Shown: positions 8,650 through 18,597, numbered from the stretch's first letter. The stretch: DNA of 64,000 nt from Pseudobdellovibrionaceae bacterium (GCA_044359815.1 JBIKLL010000001.1:64001-128000); one strand, 5' to 3'. The notes: generated by a model from the letters alone, not told the origin. Numbers and translations: made by a program.

Positions 8650-10467
8650 TTACAGCTTACGGCCAAATTCTTTTTCAATAAAATTAAAATCCCATTCAAT
8701 CCAAACGGGTCTGCCGTGGGGACAATAGCTTGATCCTTGAAATCGATCCATCTCCTTTAACAGAGCCTGCATTTCTTGCAGACTCATTGAATGCCCAGCT
8801 CTGATCACAGAATGACAAGACATCGTCGCAAAAATTTCCGACAAAGTTTTTTCAAATTCAAAACTGACACCAAAGGATTTAATCTTCTCGACGGCTTCGG
8901 CCATCACCTTGGGAACAATTCCATCAAACAACAATGACGGAATCGCCGTCACAGCCAAACTGGAAGGCCCCAATATTTCAAAAAACAAACCCAATCTGTT
9001 AAATGATTTTTGATGCTCGGCTAAAACTTCACAATCGCCCGTATCTAAATCAACCACAATGGGCATCAGCAATTGCTGCGATTCCATATTCTGCAACCGC
9101 CACCCCTGCCAGAGCTTTTCATAACCAACCCGTTCATGGGCAGCATGCTGATCAATCAAAAACATTTTTTCAGCCGATTGCGCCAAAATATAAGTCAAAT
9201 GAACCTGTCCGATGACCTGCAGTTTTGACCAGAACTCACCATCAACATTTGATTCAGAATTTACTTTATCTGGAGTGGCGTTAGGCCTTAATTCTTCCAG
9301 ACTTCTAATGTCAAAATGAGCACTGACATTATTTTTTGGGTCACTGTTGAAAGCTTGAAAGCTGACTTTTTTAATTTGAGTGTCATTAATTCCCCAATCC
9401 ATTTGCTGATGTGACTCAACAGGTTTGGGTTCACCAGGAACAAAGCTTTCTGCTTTATTCTGTTGGATTTTGCGATCGGTATTGTCAGCTTTGGGTGATC
9501 TTAGGTGCGAGCTTATTAGGTGATACAGTCTTCTGAAAACAGCTTGAGGATCTTGAAACTTCACCACAGACTTAGTCGGATGCACGTTAACATCAATGGA
9601 CTCAGGATCAACTTCGATCCAAACCACACACTGAGGGTATTCACCTTGCATTAGAAAAGTTCGAAACCCTTCAAAAATAGCCGCCATCAAGGACTTATCC
9701 TGAATCCACCGATTCTGAGCAAACAACCAGATATTTTTAGAGGTCTTTGCTGCAAATCTTGGCTCAGCGATCACGGCTTCGATTTTAATTCCTTGCTCTG
9801 AATGTGTCAGGGTTATGGGTTGCTGCAGATCCAAAACCTGCTTGACCCTCTCAGATCTGGATTCAGCTGATTTCCAAAAATACTCAAGCCGCCCTTCAAT
9901 CAACAGTTTAAATTCCACTTCTGGGTGGGACAGGGCTGTGGCCTTGATCACCTGTTTCATTTGCTGAATTTCAGCGCTAGCAGATTTTAAAAATTTTAAT
10001 CTGGCTGGAACATTTTCAAATAAATTATTAATTTCTACAACGGTGCCTGGCACAGTTGATGTGGACTTGATATTTGATTGCGAGCCAAAATCGCTATCTA
10101 ACTGAAAACCTGAATCAGCATCTTGTGTTCTGGTTTTCAATCTGACTTTTGAAACACTGCTGATGCTTGACAGAGCCTCTCCTCTAAAACCAAAGGTCTT
10201 CAGCTTCCACAAATCTTCTGAGTTTTGAATTTTACTGGTGGAATGCCTGGACAAACACCTTTGCAAATCTTCAGATTCCATACCGATACCATCATCGGTT
10301 ACTTTGACAGATCTTCCCCCATCAGTGATTTCGATAATGATTTTTTGAGCCTCGGCATCCAGTGAGTTTTCGATCAGTTCCTTCAGCATATGAGAAGGCC
10401 TCTCGACAACTTCCCCGGCTGCGATCTGATCAATTACTGATGACTCTAATTGATGAATTTTCCCCAC
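8650..10467 (-). CDS. mutL: DNA mismatch repair endonuclease MutL
   Basis: IAAGEVVERP, GFRGEAL, DQHAAHERVGYE and CPHGRP endonuclease motifs. Start set at GTG 10467. Confidence 0.96.
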   Translation of the reverse strand: MGKIHQLESSVIDQIAAGEVVERPSHMLKELIENSLDAEAQKIIIEITDGGRSVKVTDDGIGMESEDLQRCLSRHSTSKIQNSEDLWKLKTFGFRGEALSSISSVSKVRLKTRTQDADSGFQLDSDFGSQSNIKSTSTVPGTVVEINNLFENVPARLKFLKSASAEIQQMKQVIKATALSHPEVEFKLLIEGRLEYFWKSAESRSERVKQVLDLQQPITLTHSEQGIKIEAVIAEPRFAAKTSKNIWLFAQNRWIQDKSLMAAIFEGFRTFLMQGEYPQCVVWIEVDPESIDVNVHPTKSVVKFQDPQAVFRRLYHLISSHLRSPKADNTDRKIQQNKAESFVPGEPKPVESHQQMDWGINDTQIKKVSFQAFNSDPKNNVSAHFDIRSLEELRPNATPDKVNSESNVDGEFWSKLQVIGQVHLTYILAQSAEKMFLIDQHAAHERVGYEKLWQGWRLQNMESQQLLMPIVVDLDTGDCEVLAEHQKSFNRLGLFFEILGPSSLAVTAIPSLLFDGIVPKVMAEAVEKIKSFGVSFEFEKTLSEIFATMSCHSVIRAGHSMSLQEMQALLKEMDRFQGSSYCPHGRPVWIEWDFNFIEKEFGRKL

Positions 10468-10490
10468 AGACTCTTTATTAATAGATATTA

Positions 10491-11384
10491 CTAAAACGGC
10501 AATTGCAGCGAGGTTGCTAGGCCGTAATAATGCATTTGCTCCCAAAAATACTGGATTTCGCCGCGCAACGACACGCTGCCCAACTTAACTCCAACACCCA
10601 AATTAAATGCGGCTCCAAACGCCATATCATCCATTGAATAATTTTTGTCACGTCCATTAACCGCCATTTCAACATTAAACTTTGAATACTTAAATTGAGG
10701 GCCAAATCCAAAAAATGACATCGTGTCTTTTGACTGGGGAAACACCGTAGAAAATAAAAAATTGCCTATAAAAATCCATCCCCCAGCGGGCTTTCTCGTC
10801 CCCAGTTCGTAATACTTTGGAGCTCCTGGATGATACAAAAAATTTAATTCTGTCGTCATTTCACCTTCAACAACAATGTCGGGCCCCGACATTTTCAGAC
10901 CGTAAAATCCCAGCCCAGCTGTCGGCTTAAGTGTCATGGTTTCTTCACGGTAATTCAGGTAGCTGTATTGCAATCCAATAAATCGGGTCAGCGTATAAGG
11001 CCTTTTGGAATTTCTGTCTTTGGTTTCACTCTTTTCCTGAGCCTTGGCGACTTCCTCAGGTTGATTTTTGGTTTCTTTTTTCCGCTTGGGTAAATTTAAG
11101 GGTTTGATATCCGTGTCGGCAATATACCCAATGACTTTGTTACTGACTTTGATTCGATAAAAAGCGCCGTTAAAAATCTTAGATGAAATCTCAAACTCAC
11201 GTCCTGCATTGACATAGGTTAATACAGGGGCATCAAAATCGGCATTCTTGTAAACAGCAGCTCCATTATTGACTATTTTTGCCTTATATACGGCAAACTT
11301 TTTTGATTGTGCGCTGACAGCGCTGCCAATAAAAATCAAACTCAAAAATAAAAATGTTAAACTATTTTGAATTTTAAATGCCAT
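10491..11384 (-). CDS. Exported protein with SH3b-like N-domain and C-terminal beta-barrel-like domain
   Basis: Signal peptide; 'VYKNADFDAPVL...FYRIK...IGYI' SH3-like pattern; amphipathic strands ending in Phe. Confidence 0.6.
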   Translation of the reverse strand: MAFKIQNSLTFLFLSLIFIGSAVSAQSKKFAVYKAKIVNNGAAVYKNADFDAPVLTYVNAGREFEISSKIFNGAFYRIKVSNKVIGYIADTDIKPLNLPKRKKETKNQPEEVAKAQEKSETKDRNSKRPYTLTRFIGLQYSYLNYREETMTLKPTAGLGFYGLKMSGPDIVVEGEMTTELNFLYHPGAPKYYELGTRKPAGGWIFIGNFLFSTVFPQSKDTMSFFGFGPQFKYSKFNVEMAVNGRDKNYSMDDMAFGAAFNLGVGVKLGSVSLRGEIQYFWEQMHYYGLATSLQLPF

Positions 11385-12091
11385 ACACGCACAAGGGCCT
11401 CAATCACAATTTTTAGGGACATTTTGCTTTTTCCAAGTCGTCTTTCCTCAAAGACGATAGGTGTCTCGGCACCTTTGAAACCAGCTTTTAAAGCGCGGTA
11501 TTTAAGTTCGATTTGAAAACTGTAACCATTGGATTGAATTTCATTTATGCCAATTTTATTTAAAACCTTTGTTTGCCAAGCATTAAATCCCCCGGTCCAA
11601 TCATTGATGGGAAATCCCAAAATCAATCTGGAATAAATTCCACCGGCTTTCGAGATCAGCTTTCTAAACAACCCCCAATTCACAGTGCTACCACCCTGAA
11701 CATATCTGGATCCAATTGCAAAATCATTCTCAGTCGCAGCAGCAACGACTTTACCTAAATCCATGGGTCTGTGTGAAAAGTCCGCGTCCATTTCAACTAA
11801 AATTTCAAATCCATTTTTAACACCCCATTCAAAACCTGCCACATAGGCTCTACCCAAGCCGTCTTTCTTAGCTCGCGCCAATAAATGAACCTGAGGATCT
11901 TGCAGATTTTTAACCAGCTGACCCGTCCCATCCGGCGAATTATCATCAACAACTAAAATACTGTAGGATGGTTGCAGTTTTCTGATTTCTGCAATGATCA
12001 GTAGAATGTTTTCTTTTTCATTATAAGTTGGGATGATAATTAATGTTTTCACTCTGATTGACAGTGGATCACGAGAATCTGAAATTTTCAA
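11357..12091 (-). CDS. Polyprenol monophosphomannose synthase-like GT2
   Basis: IIPTYNE, VVDDNSPDGT, MDADFSH, GYSFQIE, GKSKM motifs. Confidence 0.9.
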   Translation of the reverse strand: MKISDSRDPLSIRVKTLIIIPTYNEKENILLIIAEIRKLQPSYSILVVDDNSPDGTGQLVKNLQDPQVHLLARAKKDGLGRAYVAGFEWGVKNGFEILVEMDADFSHRPMDLGKVVAAATENDFAIGSRYVQGGSTVNWGLFRKLISKAGGIYSRLILGFPINDWTGGFNAWQTKVLNKIGINEIQSNGYSFQIELKYRALKAGFKGAETPIVFEERRLGKSKMSLKIVIEALVRVWHLKFKIV

Positions 12092-12568
12092 TCAGACTTG
12101 GCGCGAAATCATCGAACCTTTTTGAGTTTTCTTTGATTTTTCTAAAACTTCTTTTCTGTGTTTAGAAATTGTTGGTAGCTTTAGCGGATTCGCTAAAATT
12201 GTTTCTGGCCTTGCTTTACGCTCATCTAACTTTAATTTGACTTTTACAGCTGCTTTTTCTGGTTCCTTTAAATACAAAATGGGATCAAATCCACAGTTTT
12301 TACAGACCATCGAAATCCGCCATCTCATGCTGACAAATAACTCTGACACCAAGGCAAACACCGCCCAAATGATCAATCCCATGGGATGAATTTCTCTGAA
12401 AAGCACATACATAATGCTCACAGCCCCCAAAAAAGAAACTGCAAAATTCACCGCTGATACTGACTTTTTTTTGTAGATAGTTCGTTCTGATTTGCAAAAG
12501 GCGCAATAGCATCGTGTCCGATTCAAAACACTGTCAAACACACTAATCAAACTGCCTTTTTTTGCCAT
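12092..12568 (-). CDS. Hypothetical two-TM protein with CxxC pairs
   Basis: CAFC and CKNC flank two hydrophobic helices. Confidence 0.7.
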   Translation of the reverse strand: MAKKGSLISVFDSVLNRTRCYCAFCKSERTIYKKKSVSAVNFAVSFLGAVSIMYVLFREIHPMGLIIWAVFALVSELFVSMRWRISMVCKNCGFDPILYLKEPEKAAVKVKLKLDERKARPETILANPLKLPTISKHRKEVLEKSKKTQKGSMISRQV

Positions 12569-12649
12569 CTCAATTTATTGTAGCAAAGATTTGGTCTAGG
12601 ATTCCATTGCTGATTTTGTTGATGGGGCTTTTTTTGTTACAATCTTGGT

Positions 12650-13303
12650 ATGAGTACATACAAGTCCACAATTAAAAAAGCGATTCTGATTCTGATGACT
12701 GCTTTCAGCTGGACCCAGGTCCAGGCGCAGGATTACCAAGAGCAAAGTTACGATGACCTTCTGAATGAATTAACCAGCAGAAGCAAACGCACTCAATCTT
12801 ACTATGCCAATGAATCATTAGACTCGATCAAGATTCATGTGGGCTTTGGAGCACTGGCTTCAGCCAACAAAATAAAAATGCTAGATAAAACTTTTATCAA
12901 AGAACAATCGGGATTTCAGCTTTCGATGGGTTTGGATTTGTTTTCACAGAACTGGGCCACAGAAATCGTGATAAGAAACTTTGGTCAAACCACTTCGGCT
13001 TCCGAAATCAGAAGTCTTCGCGAATATGATTTAACAGTTCTGTTCAAAGACAAACTGGAAAACCAAATGGGATACAGATTGGGAATGGGATTGGGAACTC
13101 GTTATTTACGCATATCTGACAATCTCAATAATATTTTCGTGGACAGCTCCACACCCACCGGAGTGCTCTTTATTGGAGCAGAAGCCTTTCTGAGTCAGTA
13201 TTTAAGCTTCATTTTTGATTTAGGCACTCGAACTGCCTTAATTTCAGACACAGTCGATAAGAATTCTATTGATTTAGGTCTGAGTCTTGTAACAAACTTT
13301 TAA
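12650..13303 (+). CDS. Outer-membrane beta-barrel-like protein
   Basis: Signal peptide (VQA|Q), alternating strands, C-terminal Phe. Confidence 0.65.
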   Translation: MSTYKSTIKKAILILMTAFSWTQVQAQDYQEQSYDDLLNELTSRSKRTQSYYANESLDSIKIHVGFGALASANKIKMLDKTFIKEQSGFQLSMGLDLFSQNWATEIVIRNFGQTTSASEIRSLREYDLTVLFKDKLENQMGYRLGMGLGTRYLRISDNLNNIFVDSSTPTGVLFIGAEAFLSQYLSFIFDLGTRTALISDTVDKNSIDLGLSLVTNF

Positions 13304-13309
13304 TAATCT

Positions 13310-13906
13310 ATGGATTTAAGCTTTATTAAAAACAACGACATCAGGGACACCTGCGAGTCCATCCTCAAATTTTTGAGACATCCCATAGAACAAGTAAAAT
13401 TTATTCCCGATTGGTCATGGCGAAGGGTCTTGATCAGTATTTGTGTTTTATCAGCCTTATCAGGTTTTTTAAAAAACTTAATTATCGGTAGCTCTCTGAT
13501 TGCTGTCTTGAGCATCATCTCCAATCCCATTTTGACTTTATTGATGATTTTAACTTCTTGTGTTTTTTTCTATTACAGTCTGCAGGTTTTCCTGAATAAA
13601 ACAGTGGATTTTAAAAAGCTTTTTGTTCTGTTGTTTTTTGCAAACCTGCCTCTGATATTTTTTCAAGTGCTTGCAGAGGTCATCGCCCCTGTTACTTTGA
13701 TTGGTCTGCTTTTTTCATGCTTTATCACCATTGTTGGAATCCACGAAAACTTTGGTGTCGAGAAAAAATGGGCCTTCAGGATAGTAGGAGCCGCCTACGG
13801 AGTCTTGTTTGCGGTTTGGATAGCTGGCCAGATCAAATCGTTACGGCTTGAAGAAAAGTTTGAATCCAAAATCGACAAAGCCCCTATGGTGGAACTCAAC
13901 AAATAA
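13310..13906 (+). CDS. Yip1-family membrane protein
   Basis: 'FLRHP' N-terminal motif followed by about 5 TM helices. Confidence 0.65.
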   Translation: MDLSFIKNNDIRDTCESILKFLRHPIEQVKFIPDWSWRRVLISICVLSALSGFLKNLIIGSSLIAVLSIISNPILTLLMILTSCVFFYYSLQVFLNKTVDFKKLFVLLFFANLPLIFFQVLAEVIAPVTLIGLLFSCFITIVGIHENFGVEKKWAFRIVGAAYGVLFAVWIAGQIKSLRLEEKFESKIDKAPMVELNK

Positions 13907-13938
13907 AATTCTGTCGTAAAAACAATAACTCGCCTGCC

Positions 13939-14346
13939 TGGCTGTGCGGTTATTTTCTGAAACCAGATTTTGTATTTTCAAATGTTTCTTTATTTTATAC
14001 CTTGTGAATACTTGCTAACGGCCGCAAGCTCATCTCTCGTATTGCATAAATACAAAGATAATTTGTTTTTACTGTTTTTAGACACATGCAGCGAGCGTGC
14101 GGGGCATATCTGGTGTTGAGTCATTTTATAAAAGCAAAAAGATTGCTTTTATAAAATGACTCAACACGAGAGATGAGCCCGCGGCCGTTAGCGAGTGTCT
14201 AAAAATAGTGAAAAAAATTATCTTTTCATTTACGCATCACGAGATATGCCATGCGCGCTCGCAAATGTATTCACAAGGTATAAAATAAAGAAACATTTGA
14301 AAATACAAAATCTGGTTTCAGAAAATAACCGCACAGCCAAGTGGGC
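13939..14346. repeat. ~400-bp nested palindromic element (MITE/REPIN-like or structured RNA) between convergent genes
   Basis: Perfect 73-bp inverted repeat 13939-14011/14267-14339; perfect 25-bp central inverted repeat 14113-14137/14143-14167; imperfect AT-rich middle arms; second copy at 1-219. Confidence 0.93.
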
Positions 14347-14359
14347 TAGATGTTACCTA

Positions 14360-14803
14360 TTAGACGCCGGTTGAACCAAAGCCATGTGCACCACGCTCGG
14401 TTTCAGTCAAAACTTCCACCAATTTGAAATCGACTTGCACAATGGGTGTAACAACCAGCTGAGCAATGCGATCTTGATCATTAATCACAAAATCCTCTTG
14501 TCCCAGATTAATCAAAATAATTTTAACCTCACCGCGAAAATCAGCATCAATAGTTCCAGGTGAATTCACCAATGAAATTCCATTTTTAATAGCCAATCCG
14601 CTGCGAGGCCTCGCCTGAATTTCCATTCCCAAAGGAATTTCAAAACTCAATCCTGTTGGGATCAGAGATCTTTGACCTGGTTTAAGAATAAGTTTTTCTG
14701 ACAACTGCGCTCTAACATCAAACCCACTGGCCCCTTTTGACTGATAGGCTGGCAGTTCACCTTTAAAATGAGCTAATTTTGTAACCTTTAATACTGTCCC
14801 CAC
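14360..14803 (-). CDS. dut: dUTP diphosphatase
   Basis: GFDV, RPRSGLA, GTIDADFRGE, DRIAQ, RGAHGFGSTG motifs. Confidence 0.97.
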   Translation of the reverse strand: MGTVLKVTKLAHFKGELPAYQSKGASGFDVRAQLSEKLILKPGQRSLIPTGLSFEIPLGMEIQARPRSGLAIKNGISLVNSPGTIDADFRGEVKIILINLGQEDFVINDQDRIAQLVVTPIVQVDFKLVEVLTETERGAHGFGSTGV

Positions 14804-14814
14804 AATGCCTCCCT

Positions 14815-16098
14815 CTATTTTCTGATTTTCTTGCTAAAATCCCAATCTAAAAACCAATCTTCCATTTCTTTGACTTTTGCACCCATCAAATAAGCGCCCA
14901 CGTTTTTTAAATCCCAATATTCGTGCATAAAATCATGCATCGAGCTGACACTGACTGCTTTTAATTCTGAAATAATCTCATCGACCGGTTTGTATTTTCT
15001 AAAAACCATTTCATTAACACCTAATGATTGCATACGATTTTCAACATCATCCGCGCCCAATTTTAAACTGCCGATCACTTGGGTCTTAAACATTTCAATC
15101 GATTTTTTATTTATCAGTTTGTCTATACCCTGCATCTGCTTTGTGACTTCAGTAAAAATATCTTTCATATTGTTAGGCTCGCTGGCCGCATAAACAGTCA
15201 ACAAACCAAAATCAACAAAGGTATTTAAAAAAGAATAAATAGTGTAGGACAGCCCCTTACGCTCACGCACACTTTGATACAGTGTCGAGGTCATTCCTCC
15301 GCCCAAAAGTGCGTTCAAAACAAAAGCTTCAAACCGATGTGAGTTCTTAAAGCTAGTACTGGATAACCCGACCAACATATGTGTTTGTTCAGTGGGCTTT
15401 TCCTTGGTCTTTCTAAAACCCTTAAACAACGGAGGCCTTCTGGACAGCTTGGTATGAAAACTTCTTTTACCTTTTCTAAAAAGCTTCTGAGTTTTTTCAG
15501 AAATTTCTTTGTGTCCAATATTGCCAGCTGCCGAAACAATAATGCTGGCAGGGCTGTAGGCTTTTTTATAAAAACTATTTACTTTTTGTCGGGTCATCGC
15601 TTGGATCGATTCAACTGTTCCCAGGATAGGCTTGGCCAGTGAATGGCCTTTGAGACCTTCCTCCAAAAAAAAGTCATAAATCAGTTCATCCAGCTCATCA
15701 TCAGACATAGTGATTTCTTGCAAAATCACAGATTTTTCCAATTCAAAATTTCTGGGTCCCATATCCATATTCAGAACCAAATCTGACAGGACGTCTAAGG
15801 CCTTTTCCCAATAATCCTTAAGAACCATTGCATGATAACAAGTGTATTCACGTGTGGTGAACGCATTCAGGTCACCACCGACTTCTTCTAATGATTTAGC
15901 GATTTCATAGGCTGATCTGGTTTTTGTACCTTTAAAAACCATGTGCTCTAGCAAATGGGAGATTCCACCCAGACCCTTTGGTTCATCCCGAGTACCCCGT
16001 TCAACCCAAATGCCTATGGAAACGGCTTCTGTGTGAGAATGATTTTCTGTAACCACTCTCACACCGCTATCCAGCACTGTTCTGTCAAATTTTGCCAT
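14815..16098 (-). CDS. M16 family zinc peptidase
   Basis: HxxEH (HLLEH), NAFTTREYT, LGGGMTS; typical pnp-M16-dut neighbourhood. Confidence 0.93.
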   Translation of the reverse strand: MAKFDRTVLDSGVRVVTENHSHTEAVSIGIWVERGTRDEPKGLGGISHLLEHMVFKGTKTRSAYEIAKSLEEVGGDLNAFTTREYTCYHAMVLKDYWEKALDVLSDLVLNMDMGPRNFELEKSVILQEITMSDDELDELIYDFFLEEGLKGHSLAKPILGTVESIQAMTRQKVNSFYKKAYSPASIIVSAAGNIGHKEISEKTQKLFRKGKRSFHTKLSRRPPLFKGFRKTKEKPTEQTHMLVGLSSTSFKNSHRFEAFVLNALLGGGMTSTLYQSVRERKGLSYTIYSFLNTFVDFGLLTVYAASEPNNMKDIFTEVTKQMQGIDKLINKKSIEMFKTQVIGSLKLGADDVENRMQSLGVNEMVFRKYKPVDEIISELKAVSVSSMHDFMHEYWDLKNVGAYLMGAKVKEMEDWFLDWDFSKKIRK

Positions 16099-18203
16099 TA
16101 TTGTTTTTCGAGCAAGACTTTTCTAGACAATTTTATTCTGCCAGCTCTATCAACGTCTAATACCTTAACGTCGATGGTTTCGCCTTCTTGTAATACTTCC
16201 CCCACGCTTCTGATTCTTTCATGGGCGATTTCAGATATGTGCAACAGACCCTGAGTGTTTGGCAAAATCTCTACAAAGGCTCCAAAGTCAGCAATTTTAA
16301 CGACTTTACCCTTATAGGTTTTTCCAACTTCAGCTTCTGCACAAATGTCATTGATGATTGCAATGGCTTTTTGAGTCGCTTCAGGATCTGAAGCTGCAAT
16401 GTGAATAGTTCCATCGTCTTCGATTTCAATTTTCACACCTGTAGATTCAGTGATTCCACGAATGACTTTACCACCAGCACCAATAACTTCTCTGATTTTA
16501 TCTGGATGAATCTTGATGGTTTCAATTCTAGGAGCAAATTGTGAAATCTGTCCCCGTGGACTTGAAATCACTTTTTCCATTTCTCTTAAAATATGCAGAC
16601 GGCCTTCTTTAGCCTGAGCCAAAGCTTGTTCCATCACAGCGAAAGAAACTGAATCAATTTTGATATCCATTTGAACTGAAGTGATCCCAGCCGCTGTACC
16701 AGCAACTTTAAAATCCATATCACCTAAATGATCTTCATCACCTAAAATATCCGTTAATACGGCAACTTTATCGCCTTCTTTAATCAGACCCATGGCAATA
16801 CCGGCTACATTTCCCTTAATAGGGACACCCGCATCCAATAATCCTAAAATTCCACTGCAAACTGTTCCCATTGAGCTGGATCCATTAGATTCCAAAACTT
16901 CGGCAACAATTCTGATTGTGTAAGGGAATTTTTCAAAATCTGGTAACACGGCCTTGATAGCTCTTTCAGCCAAGTTCCCGTGACCAATTTCACGACGTCC
17001 TTGACCACCATATCTGCCGGTTTCACCCACAGAAAAAGGAGGGAAATTATAATGCAGTAAAAATTTACGTTTTTGCATTCCCATCAGTGAATCAATCATT
17101 TGCTCATCGTCACCAGTGCCCAATGTCACAGTACCTAACACTTGAGTTTCCCCACGTGTGAACAATCCACTGCCGTGAGTTCTTGGCAACAAACCCACTT
17201 CACAAGCAATCGGTCTGACCTGATTTAATTTACGACCATCAATACGGTAGCTTTGATTTAAAATATTGCTTCGAGCAATTTTGTATTTCAAATCTTCCAA
17301 TATAACTAAAATTTCTTTTTGCCTTTGAGACTTCAATTTATCATCTGCAATTGGCGCTAATACTTTTTCAAAAGCTGTGTTTTTTGCAGTATCAAACAAT
17401 TGATACCTTTCACCTTTATCTTTGGTTTTAAATGCTTTTTCCAAAATAGGAGTCAACACGCCTTCAATTTCTTTTTTGGCAGTTTCATCAATTTTTTTAG
17501 CTTCAAATTTCATTTTTGCTTTTGAACCAGTTTTTTCACGCAGCTCATCTTGTGCGTTCAACAAAGGTTCCAAAGACTGATGACCAAATTTTAATGCTGA
17601 CAGCATATCGCTTTCAGAAACAAACTTAGTTTCACCTTCCACCATCAAAATACCTTGCTTGGTTCCAGCAACAACTATGTCTAAATCAGATCGTTCAAGC
17701 TGTGAAGGAGACGGATTGGCAATCCACTGTCCATCAATCCTGCCAACCAATACAGAAGCAACTGGTCCCAAAAACGGAATGTCGCTGATATGTAAAGCCG
17801 CTGATGCGCCAACACTGGCTAACATTGAAACCGGAAATTCACCATCGGCTGACAACACCGTTGCCACGACCTGAGTGTCATTCATATACCCTTCAGGAAA
17901 TTTAGGTCTGATAGGTCTGTCAATCAACCTAGCAGTTAAAACTGCATCGTTTGTTGGTTTACCTTCACGTTTAAAATAACCACCTGGGATTTTACCTGTG
18001 GCATAAAATTTTTCTTGGTATTCAACCATCAACGGAAAATAATCTCCGTCACTGGCCTCACGATCAGCCACCGCTGTCACCAAAACGATGTTATTACCGC
18101 TGCTCACTAGCACTGAACCATTAGCTTGCTTTGCTAATCGTCCCGTTTCGATAGTGATTTGCTTTCCTCCTACTGAGGTCGTCACTGTTGTCTTCATTCG
18201 CAC
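16098..18203 (-). CDS. pnp: Polyribonucleotide nucleotidyltransferase
   Basis: RREIGHG, ESNGSSS, GDMDFKVAG, KH and S1 domains. Confidence 0.98.
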   Translation of the reverse strand: MRMKTTVTTSVGGKQITIETGRLAKQANGSVLVSSGNNIVLVTAVADREASDGDYFPLMVEYQEKFYATGKIPGGYFKREGKPTNDAVLTARLIDRPIRPKFPEGYMNDTQVVATVLSADGEFPVSMLASVGASAALHISDIPFLGPVASVLVGRIDGQWIANPSPSQLERSDLDIVVAGTKQGILMVEGETKFVSESDMLSALKFGHQSLEPLLNAQDELREKTGSKAKMKFEAKKIDETAKKEIEGVLTPILEKAFKTKDKGERYQLFDTAKNTAFEKVLAPIADDKLKSQRQKEILVILEDLKYKIARSNILNQSYRIDGRKLNQVRPIACEVGLLPRTHGSGLFTRGETQVLGTVTLGTGDDEQMIDSLMGMQKRKFLLHYNFPPFSVGETGRYGGQGRREIGHGNLAERAIKAVLPDFEKFPYTIRIVAEVLESNGSSSMGTVCSGILGLLDAGVPIKGNVAGIAMGLIKEGDKVAVLTDILGDEDHLGDMDFKVAGTAAGITSVQMDIKIDSVSFAVMEQALAQAKEGRLHILREMEKVISSPRGQISQFAPRIETIKIHPDKIREVIGAGGKVIRGITESTGVKIEIEDDGTIHIAASDPEATQKAIAIINDICAEAEVGKTYKGKVVKIADFGAFVEILPNTQGLLHISEIAHERIRSVGEVLQEGETIDVKVLDVDRAGRIKLSRKVLLEKQ

Positions 18204-18238
18204 TCCTTACTGTATGATTTCTTGTTAAAATGCTTTGG

Positions 18239-18508
18239 CTATTTACGAATATCCAATTCACCCAACAAATCGGAGTACCTTTTAAGATTGGTTCTTTTTA
18301 AATAGTCTAACAATTTTCTTCTTTGATTTACGGCTTTCATCATTCCTCTGCGGCCGTGAAAATCTTTTTTGTGTTCATTGAAATGATTTGTCATTTCATT
18401 GATTTTTGCAGTCAACAGGGCCACTTGAACTTCTGATGATCCAGTGTCCAGATTGGCTCGTTGGAATTTCTTAATGATTTGCTCTTTTTGCGCTTTTTTG
18501 ACCGCCAT
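18239..18508 (-). CDS. rpsO: 30S ribosomal protein S15
   Basis: [25 protein letters not shown]. Confidence 0.98.
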   Translation of the reverse strand: MAVKKAQKEQIIKKFQRANLDTGSSEVQVALLTAKINEMTNHFNEHKKDFHGRRGMMKAVNQRRKLLDYLKRTNLKRYSDLLGELDIRK

Positions 18509-18597
18509 TAAAGTCTCCTTTTTTTACATTGTTTTACAATGTTCTTTCAGTTGTTTATTGATTCCAATTTACCGTCATGGCTGTCGGTAAACTCGAA
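18500..18597 (-). promoter_or_regulatory. Candidate S15 autoregulatory leader (hairpin plus pseudoknot to the start codon)
   Basis: Stem 18562-18574/18585-18597 (12 of 13 pairs). Leader GACAGCCAT is complementary to ATGGCGGTC at 8 of 9 positions. Second hairpin 18526-18542 next to the SD. Confidence 0.55.

Noticed and set aside
13939..14346. Repeat element as a CRISPR array
   Set aside because: Motifs are inverted and nested, the intervening segments are complementary to each other rather than unique spacers, and no cas genes are present.
13939..14346. Simple bidirectional terminator
   Set aside because: No U-tracts at the stem base; size and a dispersed second copy exceed what a terminator explains.
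13924..14358. Element as a canonical integron attC (ATAAC…GTTA near the ends)
   Set aside because: Far longer than attC sites, R boxes do not match RYYYAAC/GTTRRRY well, no cassette array or integrase; kept only as a loose analogy.
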